Position numbers and translations under genes: made by a program
Shown here: positions 17,039 through 26,560 of the stretch, one piece after another
Numbering within the stretch: the stretch's first letter is position 1
How the letters are laid out: each line of letters starts with the position of its first letter
From: an uncultured delta proteobacterium
Lineage (GTDB): Bacteria > Myxococcota > Myxococcia > Myxococcales > Myxococcaceae
Direction of reading: 5' to 3'
Assembly: GCA_963713045.1 (NCBI GenBank)
Contig: CAVQKE010000004.1
Span: 96,001-160,000 of the forward strand
Length of the DNA stretch: 64,000 bases
The notes under the pieces: generated by a model
Told to the model about the DNA's origin: nothing
Seen by the model: only the letters and a program-made list of their open reading frames with translations
Database searches by the model: none

Positions 17039-18409
17039 TCAAGGAAGGCAGGGCGCCGGTCCCGGGGGGTCTCCACGGCCTAGCACCTGATTCAGCCGTC
17101 CCTGTGCCACCAGGACGTCGTAGGTCGACTGCGCGTCATCGAGTTGGGATTTGGCGTAGCCGGTGTACGCATCGACAACGCCTTTGGCGTCCCCGACGCC
17201 GACGGCGAAGTTGAGCCCAGCGCTCCGGAACCAGCTTTTTCCGGCGACCAAGGCCCCGCGGGCCGCCTTGCGCTTGGCGATGGCCGCCACCAAATCCGCG
17301 TGGGCCTGTTCCACCTGGAGGTCCACGCCGTGAGCCGCTCCCTCGCGCTGGCGCAACAGCGCACTTAGTTCCGCTTCGCTTTTGTCCTCCCTTGCCTTCA
17401 GCACGTAAAAGGAAAGGTTCTGCCGAAAACCGACGGCGGCGTACACGGTGAGGGCGTTGAAGTAGTCGCTGACGTACGGGTTGGTGACGATGTCTCGGCC
17501 CGGCGCCCGCGAGTAGGCAAACTGGCCGGCGATGAAGAATTGCGGCAGTTGCTCAGCCCAGGTGGCGTGCACCTCAGCCCGCTTGGCCTCAATGGCCTGG
17601 TCCAAGGCACGAATGTCCGGACGGTCCTGCTCGGCTTCGGAGCGCACGGCGATGATGTCCGGAGCCTCGATGTTGCTTGGGTCTGGGAAGGGGTCTTCCT
17701 TGAGTTGAAGGTCGGCCTCCGGAATCACCAGCAGCGTGGCCAGGGCCGCGCGCGCCAGGCCCTGCGCCCGCATGGCATCGGCCTTCTTCTGAAGCAGCTC
17801 GGACTTGAAAAGCTCAAGGCGGTAGCGGTCGTCGGTCGACACCTCCCCATCATTGGCCTTGAGGGACTGCGCCACCTTGGCGTCGATGTCCTTGAGTGCC
17901 GTCTCGATGTCATTGACGATGACCAGAAGTCGGCGCGTCAAGGTTGCTGCCAGGACGAGCTGAAGGGTCTGTTGGCGGACGGCATTGACTCTGTCCTGAA
18001 CGAGGTCCTGCTGAGCTCCCAGGCCGGCGCGTGCGGCATCGCGGGCCGACGAGAGGCGGCCAAAGGTGTAGACGGGCTGGACGACGTTGACTTCGACTCG
18101 GCCAAAAACGCCGAGCTGGGTCAGGCCGCGGTTGCTGCCCGACGCGATGGGACTGATGTCGGTGGACGGCGTGTTGGGGCCGAGCCGTGCACCTGGGACC
18201 AGGCCGCTTAGGAAAAGGAGGGCAAACTCGGGGACGAAGGAGATGGAGGTGGCCACCGCCACGTCGGCCTGGGCGGTCAGCACTTGCGCCTTCTGGATGG
18301 CCACCTCGTCGCACCGCGCGATAACCAACGCCTGAGCGGTCGCCAAGTCGAGCGGGCCGCATCGAGGGCCATCCGCGGCCAGCAGCGAAGCGAGCAGAAG
18401 GACGAGCAC
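17039..18409 (-). CDS. TolC-family outer membrane protein
   Basis: Signal peptide, VVQPVYTFG, RPDI, coiled-coil helices and two OEP-like repeats. Confidence 0.8.
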   Translation of the reverse strand: MLVLLLASLLAADGPRCGPLDLATAQALVIARCDEVAIQKAQVLTAQADVAVATSISFVPEFALLFLSGLVPGARLGPNTPSTDISPIASGSNRGLTQLGVFGRVEVNVVQPVYTFGRLSSARDAARAGLGAQQDLVQDRVNAVRQQTLQLVLAATLTRRLLVIVNDIETALKDIDAKVAQSLKANDGEVSTDDRYRLELFKSELLQKKADAMRAQGLARAALATLLVIPEADLQLKEDPFPDPSNIEAPDIIAVRSEAEQDRPDIRALDQAIEAKRAEVHATWAEQLPQFFIAGQFAYSRAPGRDIVTNPYVSDYFNALTVYAAVGFRQNLSFYVLKAREDKSEAELSALLRQREGAAHGVDLQVEQAHADLVAAIAKRKAARGALVAGKSWFRSAGLNFAVGVGDAKGVVDAYTGYAKSQLDDAQSTYDVLVAQGRLNQVLGRGDPPGPAPCLP

Positions 18410-18574
18410 AGGTGCGTGCGTGCTTAGCGGCCGCGGATAGACGGATCAAGGCCCGACAGGACGTGGGAAAGCCCGCGACGGCGGAGCGCCCTGTGGTCTG
18501 GAAGGCGAAGCAGCCTGGCCGTCCGTGCTGCCGGGGCCAAGGTGAAGCGTGAGGGCGGCGGGTGAGCCGTCCTC

Positions 18575-18760
18575 CTAGTCTCCGGAGGCGCCGTTCTTCC
18601 CGGGTGGGGCCTCCGACTCATAGTAGATGCTGGCGGCCTCGCCCTCTCCGTAGACGACAAGCACTGGGCCGGACGCCTGCAGGGCGCGGGCCTTCCGCTT
18701 GAGAGCGGCGAGCAAATCCGAGGCCTGAGCGGCCTTGGCCTTGATGGTGCGAAGGGACAT
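18575..18760 (-). CDS. Small hypothetical protein (61 aa)
   Basis: GGAG SD before the ATG and a protein-like composition (GPVLVVYGEGEAASIYYE). Confidence 0.45.
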   Translation of the reverse strand: MSLRTIKAKAAQASDLLAALKRKARALQASGPVLVVYGEGEAASIYYESEAPPGKNGASGD

Positions 18761-18990
18761 GTCCGGAAACGCTCCTGGACGCGGGGGGGTGGCGCCTTCG
18801 GGCGCCCGCGCGCTGCGTCGTGGGGTTTTGTCCGACCACGGCGAGCGGGGTGTTTACTCCCCGGCACCCACGTTGACAACGTGCGACGTAGCCTGCGAGG
18901 AGGAGCTGGCGGCCATGTCCCTGAACATCCTGGGAATTCCAGTCGGACGAGGTCCCCGGGGGGGACGGAAATGAAGCTTGGGGAACGCAC

Positions 18991-20262
18991 GTGGCCTTGA
19001 CTGTCGAGGCGTACGGCAGCACCGATGTCGGCAGGAAGCGCCAGCACAACGAGGATGCGCTGCTGGTCGACTCCGAGCTCGGCCTCTTTCTGGTGGCGGA
19101 TGGAATGGGCGGCCATGCCGCGGGGGAAGTCGCCTCGGCGCGTGCCGTGGAAGTCGTGAAGCACCAGCTGGCCGGAGGCCGTCAAGCACTGGAAGACCTC
19201 TCTCGGGCAGCGACGCCGGAGGCGCGTGCGGCGGCGGCGGCACTGGTCGAGACCGCCGTTCAGCGCGCCTGCGCCGAAGTCTACAAGCTGGCCGGCGCGG
19301 ACCCGAGCAAACGAGGCATGGGCACCACCTTGGTGTGCTTGGTGGTCGCCGGGAACAAGGCCGTCATCGGCCACGTCGGGGATAGCCGCGTCTACCTGTT
19401 GCGAAGTGGCCAGTGCCACCGGCTGACTGAGGACCACACACTCGTCGCGGCGCAGGTGAAAGCCGGGACGCTGACCCGAGAGCAGGCCCATGCCTCCCAA
19501 TTCCGCAATGTCATCACCCGCGCGGTGGGCATCCAGGAATCCGTTCAGGTGGACACGTTGATGGTGGACCTACTTCCAAGGGACACCTTCCTTTTGTGCA
19601 CCGATGGGCTGCACGGCTATTTGCCGGATGAGGAGATTGCGCCGCTGCTCGGCAATGGACCGACCAAGGACTTGCCGGCCAAACTCATCGCTCTGGCCAA
19701 TGAGCGCGGAGGCCGAGACAACATCACCGCTGTGGTGGCGCGCTTCTCGGACGCTGGGGAGGCGAGCGACGAGCTTCAGGAAACCGAATCCAGGATGGAG
19801 GCGCTGCGTCGGATTCCCCTCTTTCGTCACCTCACCTACAAGGAGCAAACCGCCGTCCTCTCGGTCGCGAGCTCGCGCAGCTTTGAGCCGGACGAGGAGA
19901 TTGTGGTCGAGGGCCGCTCGGGAGATGAGCTCTTCGTCGTGGTGAAGGGTCGGGTCGCGGTGGAAAAGGATGGCATTGAAATCGCCGAGCTCGTCATCGG
20001 CGGCCACTTCGGGGAGATGGGACTCATCGAAAACGCGCCGCGGAGTGCGACGGTGCGCGCGCTCGAGCCCACCCGGGTGGTGGTCATTGGCCGCGCCGAC
20101 TTAATGGTGCTGATGAAGCGCGAGTCGGTGCTGGCGGTGAAGCTCCTGTGGAGCTTCGTGCAGGTGCTCTCGGACCGGCTGCGCGCCACCAACGCTGAGT
20201 TGTCCGAGGTGCGTCACGAGTTGGCGCTGGCGCAATCCGTCCAGCCTTTCGCCGAAGACTAG
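18991..20262 (+). CDS. PP2C-family Ser/Thr phosphatase fused to a cyclic-nucleotide-binding domain
   Basis: TDVGRKRQHNED, VADGMGGH, GMGTT, HVGDSR, LCTDG and GRDN; C-terminal cNMP domain (FGEMGL...PRSATVRA). Confidence 0.92.
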   Translation: MALTVEAYGSTDVGRKRQHNEDALLVDSELGLFLVADGMGGHAAGEVASARAVEVVKHQLAGGRQALEDLSRAATPEARAAAAALVETAVQRACAEVYKLAGADPSKRGMGTTLVCLVVAGNKAVIGHVGDSRVYLLRSGQCHRLTEDHTLVAAQVKAGTLTREQAHASQFRNVITRAVGIQESVQVDTLMVDLLPRDTFLLCTDGLHGYLPDEEIAPLLGNGPTKDLPAKLIALANERGGRDNITAVVARFSDAGEASDELQETESRMEALRRIPLFRHLTYKEQTAVLSVASSRSFEPDEEIVVEGRSGDELFVVVKGRVAVEKDGIEIAELVIGGHFGEMGLIENAPRSATVRALEPTRVVVIGRADLMVLMKRESVLAVKLLWSFVQVLSDRLRATNAELSEVRHELALAQSVQPFAED

Positions 20263-20268
20263 CCGCAG

Positions 20269-22233
20269 ATGCCCGCGCGCCGAGGACCCAAGCGGGCGGT
20301 GTGGCGACGCCACCGGGTCTGGCCGTGGGCCCTTGCCGCCGCCGCGCTGGTGGTGCTGGTCGGGGTCCTCCTGCTCGCGAGACTGGTGCCGGGACAACTG
20401 CCATCCACGGCGCAAGGGCCACCGCTTCAACGGGCCGAGTCGCCGTCCGCAGAAGTCGGTGTGTCCACGGCGCGGGGCGCGGACGGTGGTGCCGCGGGGA
20501 GTGTGGACAGTCTGCTGACCGTTGCCGTGTTGAACGGCCACGGCGCGCCGGCAGTCGACTGCGAGGTGCAGCTGCGCGTTCCCGGACAGAGGAGGGAGGA
20601 GTGGCTGGAAGCAGGGGCCGCCAGCTGCGAGGCGGTGGAGCTGGCCGCCGTCCCCGTTGGCGACTACCTCGTTTCCGTAGAGGCTCCGGGCCTCCGACGG
20701 ACCGAGCGCCCGGTGCACCTCAACCCAGGGCCGGCAACACTCAAATTCCTGCTTCCGGATGGCGTCGCAGTCTCTGGCCGGGTGGCGGACGCCTCCGGCC
20801 GGCCCGTCCCCGGCGTGTCGGTGGAAGTCTCTCCGACCGGCGGCGTGTCGCGAACGGACGAGGCAGGCGCCTTTCGCATCTCGGTGCCGGGCCCCGGCCT
20901 CTATCACCTGGAAGCGCACCATTCGGACTGGGGAGGCGCGGTGCAGGCCGTCACCGCTCCCGCCTCGGACGTCGTGCTGCAGCTCCAACCGCATTCGGTG
21001 CTGGCGCTCACCGTGCGGGCCGGCGGCCAGCCGGTGGCCGGCGCGCAGGCGCTCCTCTGGCAGAGTGGAAACTCTGGGACGCGCCGGGAATACGCCGCCG
21101 ACCGCACCACGGATGCCGAGGGCGAGGTGCGACTGCAGGGTCTCCCGCCCGGAAGCTACACCCTCGGCGTCCTCCCACCGGGCGCGCTCCGCCCGTCGCG
21201 TCAGGAGGTGGTGCTGCAGGAGGGCGTGACAACCGTGGTAACGCTGGCGCTGCCGGCTTCAGCGCCGGGCAGCATCGAAGGGCAGGTGGTGGACGAAGTC
21301 GGCCGACCGGTTGCGGGGGCGCTGGTGCGGGCGCAGCCCTTGGACGTCCCACCGGCGCGCAGTGACGCGGGGGGGCACTTTCGGCTGGTCGGCGTGCCGG
21401 AGGGCGTCGACTACCAGTTGGTGGCCATCGCCGACGGTGCAATGTCCGCGGCGCGCAACGGTCGTGCGGGCGAGGCGGGGCTTCGCCTCTCTGTGCCGCG
21501 GGCGAGGCTCTACCATGGGCGCGTCCTCGACGAGGCCCACCGCCCGGTGTCGGCCTTCCGCATCGCCGGAGTGCAGGTAGAGGCGCCCGACGGCCGCTTC
21601 TCGGTTTCCGTGCGGCCCCCTCACAACACCGTCTCTCTGGCCGTCGAGGCCCCCCAGCTGGCGATGGCCACGGTGGTCCGTCCAGCGGCGGATGAGGAGG
21701 TGGGAGACATTGTCCTGCATGTAGCCCCACTGGTGCACGGCATCGTCCGTCAGACGGACAGAACGAGCGCCGCGGGCGCCTTCGTCGTCTGCGAGGGGTG
21801 CCGCGGTGAGGCGGCCGGCGAGCGCCACCTCACCGCATTCGCCGACGCGGAAGGCCGCTTCCGCCTGGCGATTACCGGCCCCTACGGAGTCCTGGTGCGG
21901 CTGGTGGCGATGAAGGACGACCGCCTGGGGTGGGCCGAGGCGGGACGCGTGGGCGAGGAGGCCGTCCTGACGCTTGCCCCGCCTTCCACTGTCCGGGGCC
22001 GCGTGCTTCGGCCCAATGGGCAAGCCGCTGGCGGCGTGGCGGTGGTGCTGTCCGAGCCTCTGTTGGAGCCGACGCTTCTCGTCAGCGGGGCGGATGGCCG
22101 CTTTTCCGGGGAGGTGCGACCTGGCCTCTACCAGGTGACGCTGGTGCCGGACACTTCCCAGCCGCAGCGCACCTGGACGGTGCAAGTTCCACTGGACGGC
22201 TCGCTGGACCTGCTCAGCGGGGACGCTCGCTAG
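20269..22233 (+). CDS. Membrane-anchored protein with repeated carboxypeptidase-regulatory-like (beta-sandwich) domains
   Basis: N-terminal TM followed by repeats such as SGRVADASGRPVPGV, GQVVDEVGRPVAGA, TDAEG and LPPGSY. Confidence 0.75.
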   Translation: MPARRGPKRAVWRRHRVWPWALAAAALVVLVGVLLLARLVPGQLPSTAQGPPLQRAESPSAEVGVSTARGADGGAAGSVDSLLTVAVLNGHGAPAVDCEVQLRVPGQRREEWLEAGAASCEAVELAAVPVGDYLVSVEAPGLRRTERPVHLNPGPATLKFLLPDGVAVSGRVADASGRPVPGVSVEVSPTGGVSRTDEAGAFRISVPGPGLYHLEAHHSDWGGAVQAVTAPASDVVLQLQPHSVLALTVRAGGQPVAGAQALLWQSGNSGTRREYAADRTTDAEGEVRLQGLPPGSYTLGVLPPGALRPSRQEVVLQEGVTTVVTLALPASAPGSIEGQVVDEVGRPVAGALVRAQPLDVPPARSDAGGHFRLVGVPEGVDYQLVAIADGAMSAARNGRAGEAGLRLSVPRARLYHGRVLDEAHRPVSAFRIAGVQVEAPDGRFSVSVRPPHNTVSLAVEAPQLAMATVVRPAADEEVGDIVLHVAPLVHGIVRQTDRTSAAGAFVVCEGCRGEAAGERHLTAFADAEGRFRLAITGPYGVLVRLVAMKDDRLGWAEAGRVGEEAVLTLAPPSTVRGRVLRPNGQAAGGVAVVLSEPLLEPTLLVSGADGRFSGEVRPGLYQVTLVPDTSQPQRTWTVQVPLDGSLDLLSGDAR

Positions 22234-22291
22234 GCGACGGCAATGGCGCGAAGTTGCGGAGTGGGCGGCCCGGCGGTACAGCGAAGGGCGA

Positions 22292-23533
22292 ATGGACCGG
22301 AGCGCGCTCGACAGCCGCCGCATTGCCGTGGCCGTGGCTGGCGGGATTGCGGCCTACAAGGCCTGTGAGTTGGTGCGCGCGCTGCGCCGCGCTTCGGCGG
22401 AGGTGCGGGTGGTGATGACGCCAGCCGCGCAGGCCTTCATCACGCCCCTCACTCTGCAGTCTCTCTCTGGCCACCCGGTGTTGACGGAGCCCTTTGACGC
22501 GGCCAGCGACGCTGGCTTCGGCCACCTGGCGCTGGCGCGCTGGGCGGAACTCTTCGTGGTGGCCCCCGCCACGGCGGACCTCCTGGCCCGGCTGCGCGCG
22601 GGCATGGCCAATGACGCCGTGACGGCAGCGCTGTTGGCCTTCCCGGGCCCGGTGCTCCTCGCACCGGCGATGAACGTGGCCATGTGGAACAATGTCGTCA
22701 CCCAAGCCAACGTTGCGGCGCTCACAGCCGAGCCGCGCTACCGCCTGGTGGGGCCTGCCGTGGGGCCCTTGGCCGACGGGGACAGTGGGCCTGGGCGGTT
22801 GGCGGAGGTGGAGGAGGTGGTGGAGGCTTGCGCGCAACTTTTGTCGCAGGGGCCCCTCTCCGGACGGACGGTGCTGGTGACGGCTGGCCCGACGCGCGAA
22901 TTTTTGGACCCCGTGCGCTTTGTCTCCAATCCCTCGACAGGGAAGATGGGCTTGGCCGTCGCGCAGGCTGCGCGGCGACGCGGCGCGCGCGTCACTGTGG
23001 TGCTCGGCCCGGGCGGCGAGCTGGACCGCGCCGGCCTGGAGGTGAAGAACGTCGTCACCGCGGAGGAGATGCGGGACGCCGTTCTGGCCCGGGTGGCCTC
23101 GGTAGACTACTTCGTCGCCGCCGCCGCAGTCAGCGACTGGCGGCCAGCGGAGCGCGCACCCCAGAAGCGCAAAAAGGCGACTTCTCCGCGGGCCGAGTCG
23201 CTGTTGCTGGAGCGGACGCCCGACGTGCTGGCGGAGGCGGCGGAAGCCGTCCGGGGACTCGCTCGGCGCCCAGTGCTGGTGGGCTTCGCGGCGGAGACAG
23301 AGCGACTGGTGGAGAATGCGAGCGCCAAGCTTCTGCGAAAAGGGCTGGATGCCATTGTGGCCAATGACGTCAGCCAGCCGGGCGGGGGCTTTGGGTCGGA
23401 CAGCAACCAGGTGACGGTGCTGACCCGTGGCGGGGAGCGGGTTGAGCTGTCCGGGACAAAGCAGGAAGTCGCCGAGCGCCTGTGGGACTTCCTCCTCGGC
23501 TCGCTGGCCCAGCCGGCGCGGGCCCAGCGCTGA
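22292..23533 (+). CDS. coaBC: Phosphopantothenoylcysteine decarboxylase/synthase
   Basis: GGIAAYKA, APATAD, APAMN, VTAGPTREFLDPVRFVSNPSTGKMG, AAVSDW, VGFAAET, IVANDV. Confidence 0.95.
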   Translation: MDRSALDSRRIAVAVAGGIAAYKACELVRALRRASAEVRVVMTPAAQAFITPLTLQSLSGHPVLTEPFDAASDAGFGHLALARWAELFVVAPATADLLARLRAGMANDAVTAALLAFPGPVLLAPAMNVAMWNNVVTQANVAALTAEPRYRLVGPAVGPLADGDSGPGRLAEVEEVVEACAQLLSQGPLSGRTVLVTAGPTREFLDPVRFVSNPSTGKMGLAVAQAARRRGARVTVVLGPGGELDRAGLEVKNVVTAEEMRDAVLARVASVDYFVAAAAVSDWRPAERAPQKRKKATSPRAESLLLERTPDVLAEAAEAVRGLARRPVLVGFAAETERLVENASAKLLRKGLDAIVANDVSQPGGGFGSDSNQVTVLTRGGERVELSGTKQEVAERLWDFLLGSLAQPARAQR

Positions 23534-23630
23534 GCGGCCAGTGCCCACGCCGACCGCCGTCTAGGCACGTCGGAGCGTCATGGCACATTTCCCCCTCGCC
23601 CCTGGGCCTTTTGGGGCGGAGAGGGGTTTC

Positions 23631-24380
23631 GTGGACTTCGAGGCGGGTAGCTCGGTGGCTGGCCTGCTGCGCGACTTGCGAGCCCACCTCGCGTGGCAGC
23701 GTGAGGACAACGGCGCCGAACTGATGGGGCTGATGGGTCAGCCCCTGCCACTTCTCGCCACGCCGAGGGGAGCCGGAGAGCCGCAGGCTGTCGCTGCGCC
23801 TCCCGCCGTGCCGGAGCGACGGTCGCTGGAGGAAATTCGAGAGGAACTGGGAGACTGCCGTCGCTGCAAGCTGTGCTCCGGCCGGAAGAAACTCGTCTTC
23901 GGCGTGGGAAGCCCCCGCGCTCGGCTGGTGTTTGTGGGCGAGGGTCCGGGTGCAGAGGAGGACGCACAAGGGCTGCCCTTCGTCGGTCCGGCGGGGCAGC
24001 TGCTCACCAAGATGATTGCAGCCATGGGGCTGAAGCGCGAGGACGTCTACATTTGCAACGTCGTCAAGTGCCGTCCACCAGGCAACCGCAACCCGGAGCC
24101 GGATGAGATTTCCGCTTGCGAGCCCTTTCTCCGTGCGCAGCTGCGCAGCATTGGCCCCGAGGTGGTGGTGGCACTCGGGAAATTCGCGGCGCAGACGCTG
24201 CTCCGCGACAACACCCCCATCACCCGCCTGCGCGGGCAATGGCGCACGTACGAAGGCATGCGGCTGATGCCGACCTTCCACCCGGCCTACCTGTTGCGCA
24301 ATCCTCCCGAGAAGAAGCCCTGCTGGGAGGACCTCAAGGCCGTCATGGCGGTGCTGGGACAGGCCGCTCCGCCACCGTGA
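23631..24380 (+). CDS. Uracil-DNA glycosylase, family 4 (4Fe-4S)
   Basis: CRRCKL, GEGPG, FVGPAG, NVVKCRPPGNR, TFHPAYLLR. Start is 23580 or 23631. Confidence 0.93.
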   Translation: MDFEAGSSVAGLLRDLRAHLAWQREDNGAELMGLMGQPLPLLATPRGAGEPQAVAAPPAVPERRSLEEIREELGDCRRCKLCSGRKKLVFGVGSPRARLVFVGEGPGAEEDAQGLPFVGPAGQLLTKMIAAMGLKREDVYICNVVKCRPPGNRNPEPDEISACEPFLRAQLRSIGPEVVVALGKFAAQTLLRDNTPITRLRGQWRTYEGMRLMPTFHPAYLLRNPPEKKPCWEDLKAVMAVLGQAAPPP

Positions 24381-25381
24381 AGGGCGAGGTCCAGCTGCAC
24401 CGGCTGGACTGTCCGGCGCTGCGGGGAAACCCCTTGGGCGACCCCGAGGAGCGCGACTGCGTCGTCTACCTTCCTCCCCAGTATCTCGGCTCCTCGGAGC
24501 GCTACCCGGTGGTGGTCTTTCTCCATGCCTTCCTCGGCTCGGCGGCCGGCTGGCTCAACGTCTCGCCCTTTTCCCCCACCGTCCCGGAGCGTCTGGACGC
24601 GCTGGTGGTGGGCGGCTTGCCGCCCTGCATCGCTGTTTTTCCCGACGGCTGGTGCGGTTTCGGGGGAAGCCAGTGGGCCAACAGCCCGGCCACTGGACAG
24701 TACCGGGACGCGGTGGTTCGCGACGTCCTCGGGTGGGTGGAGGCGACGTTCCGCACCGTCCGGCGTGCGGAGGCGCGCGCGGTGGTCGGCAGAAGCTCCG
24801 GCGGCTACGGCGGCTGGCAGTTCGTCCGGCACCACCCGGACGTCTTTGGGCACCTCGCGGCACATTCCGGCGACGCGTACTTCGACTATTGCTTTCTGCC
24901 CGACTTCCCCAAGGCGGCGGCTGCCCTTCTGAAGGGAGGCGGCGTCGGCGCCTGGTGGAACGGCTTCCTGCAACGGGCCAGGGAAACCAAGATGGCGGGG
25001 GAGGACCATGCGGTGGTGAATGTGCTGGCCATGGCAGCCGCCTTCTCGCCCAAGGCCGGCTCGCCCCTGGGGCTGGAGCTGCCCTTCGAGGTGGAGACGG
25101 GCGCCATTCGCCCTGCGGCATGGCAACGTTGGCTGGCAGAGGACCCGGTGCGCTTCGTGGCGCAGCAAAGCGCCCCCTTTGTTGGGCTGAAAAGCGTCTT
25201 CATCGACTGCGGCACCCGCGATGAATTTGGCCTGCGCTGGGGCGCCCGCATGTTGGCCCGAACGCTCACCGCCGCCGGAGCGGTGGTGAAGCACGAGGAG
25301 TACGAAGACGGGCACATGGGCACCTCCTACCGCTTTGAGGCTTCGCTGCGCTGGCTGCTTCCGCGTCTGGCGCGCAGCTGA
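24377..25381 (+). CDS. Putative esterase (alpha/beta hydrolase, Fes/antigen-85-like)
   Basis: VYLPP, YPVV, GRSSGGYG nucleophile elbow, DCG..DEF, GH; GTGA overlap with the UDG stop. Confidence 0.85.
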   Translation: MKGEVQLHRLDCPALRGNPLGDPEERDCVVYLPPQYLGSSERYPVVVFLHAFLGSAAGWLNVSPFSPTVPERLDALVVGGLPPCIAVFPDGWCGFGGSQWANSPATGQYRDAVVRDVLGWVEATFRTVRRAEARAVVGRSSGGYGGWQFVRHHPDVFGHLAAHSGDAYFDYCFLPDFPKAAAALLKGGGVGAWWNGFLQRARETKMAGEDHAVVNVLAMAAAFSPKAGSPLGLELPFEVETGAIRPAAWQRWLAEDPVRFVAQQSAPFVGLKSVFIDCGTRDEFGLRWGARMLARTLTAAGAVVKHEEYEDGHMGTSYRFEASLRWLLPRLARS

Positions 25382-25438
25382 GGCGGGGGGCCGAGTGGCG
25401 CCGCCGCGCGAAGCCGTGCTAGCGCCAGCACATTTCTC

Positions 25439-26473
25439 ATGGCCGTCAGCGACCCCTACGGACTTGGACGCGTGCTGGGAGAGAGGGGAGTCCTCCCCCA
25501 GCAGGCGCAAAGGCTCGACGCTTCCTTGCCGCTGCGGCCCTCTGAGCTTCTCATCGAAGTGGAGTCGCTCAACATCGATGCGGCGTCCTTCCGCCAGCTG
25601 AAGGACGCTGCCGGAGGGGACGCGGAGCGCGTCGGCCAGGCCATCCAGGAAATTGTCCGTAGCCGTGGGAAAATGCAGAACCCGGTGACGGGGTCTGGCG
25701 GGATGCTCATCGGCCGGGTAGGGGAGGTGGGGCCAGAGCACCCGGCCGCAGGACAGCTCGCGCCGGGCGACCGGCTCGCGACGCTGGTCAGCCTGTCGTT
25801 GACGCCCTTGCATTTGGAGAAGGTGAAGGCGGTGCATCTCGGCATCGACCGGGTTGACGTTCTCGGTCATGCGATTCTCTTCGCAAGCGGCCTCTTTGCG
25901 CGTCTCCCGGAGGACTTGCCCGACACACTGGCACTTGCCGCGCTCGACGTCTGCGGCGCGCCAGCGCTCGTCGAGCGGTATGTCCGTCCAGGGATGCGGG
26001 TGGCGGTGCTGGGGGCCGGAAAGAGTGGCGCCCTGTGCCTGGCGCAGGCCCGTCGCTCGATGGCGGGAAGCGGACAGCTGCTCGCGCTGGATATTTCCGC
26101 GGATGCTCTGGACACGCTGCGAGGCCTCGCCCTGTGCGACGTGGCACTGCGCGTGGATGCGACACAGGCCATCGGCGTGCTGGCGGCAGTTGAGCAGGCC
26201 ACCGACGGGAGGCTGTGCGACCTCGTCGTCAACTGTGCTTCGGTTCCCAACACCGAAATGGCCACCATCCTCTCCGTCCGTGAGGGAGGGACGGCACTCT
26301 TCTTCTCCATGGCCACCTCCTTCACCGCTGCGGCTTTGGGCGCGGAGGGGGTGGGCAAAGACGTGACGTTGGTGATGGGGAACGGCTACGTACCCGGCCA
26401 CGCGCGCCTGACGCTGGAGTTGCTGCGCAGCGATGAACGGTTACGGCAGCTCTTCGCTGCGCGTTACGTCTAG
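25439..26473 (+). CDS. kdd: L-erythro-3,5-diaminohexanoate dehydrogenase
   Basis: LPQQA.RLD, NIDAASF, GKMQNPVTGSGGMLIG, LVSLSLTPL, LDVCGAP, FFSMATSFTAAALGAEG, GNGY. Confidence 0.92.
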   Translation: MAVSDPYGLGRVLGERGVLPQQAQRLDASLPLRPSELLIEVESLNIDAASFRQLKDAAGGDAERVGQAIQEIVRSRGKMQNPVTGSGGMLIGRVGEVGPEHPAAGQLAPGDRLATLVSLSLTPLHLEKVKAVHLGIDRVDVLGHAILFASGLFARLPEDLPDTLALAALDVCGAPALVERYVRPGMRVAVLGAGKSGALCLAQARRSMAGSGQLLALDISADALDTLRGLALCDVALRVDATQAIGVLAAVEQATDGRLCDLVVNCASVPNTEMATILSVREGGTALFFSMATSFTAAALGAEGVGKDVTLVMGNGYVPGHARLTLELLRSDERLRQLFAARYV

Positions 26474-26560
26474 CGGCCGCGCTCACAGGCGGCTGACGCA
26501 TCGCGTTCCCAAGGGGCTAGCGTGCGCTGCTCGGCCCGTGGTAGCCGCAAGGCAGCAGCC

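Noticed and set aside
26474..26560. Possible cobalamin riboswitch before kamD
   Set aside because: The gap is only 87 nt and no B12-box consensus is visible.
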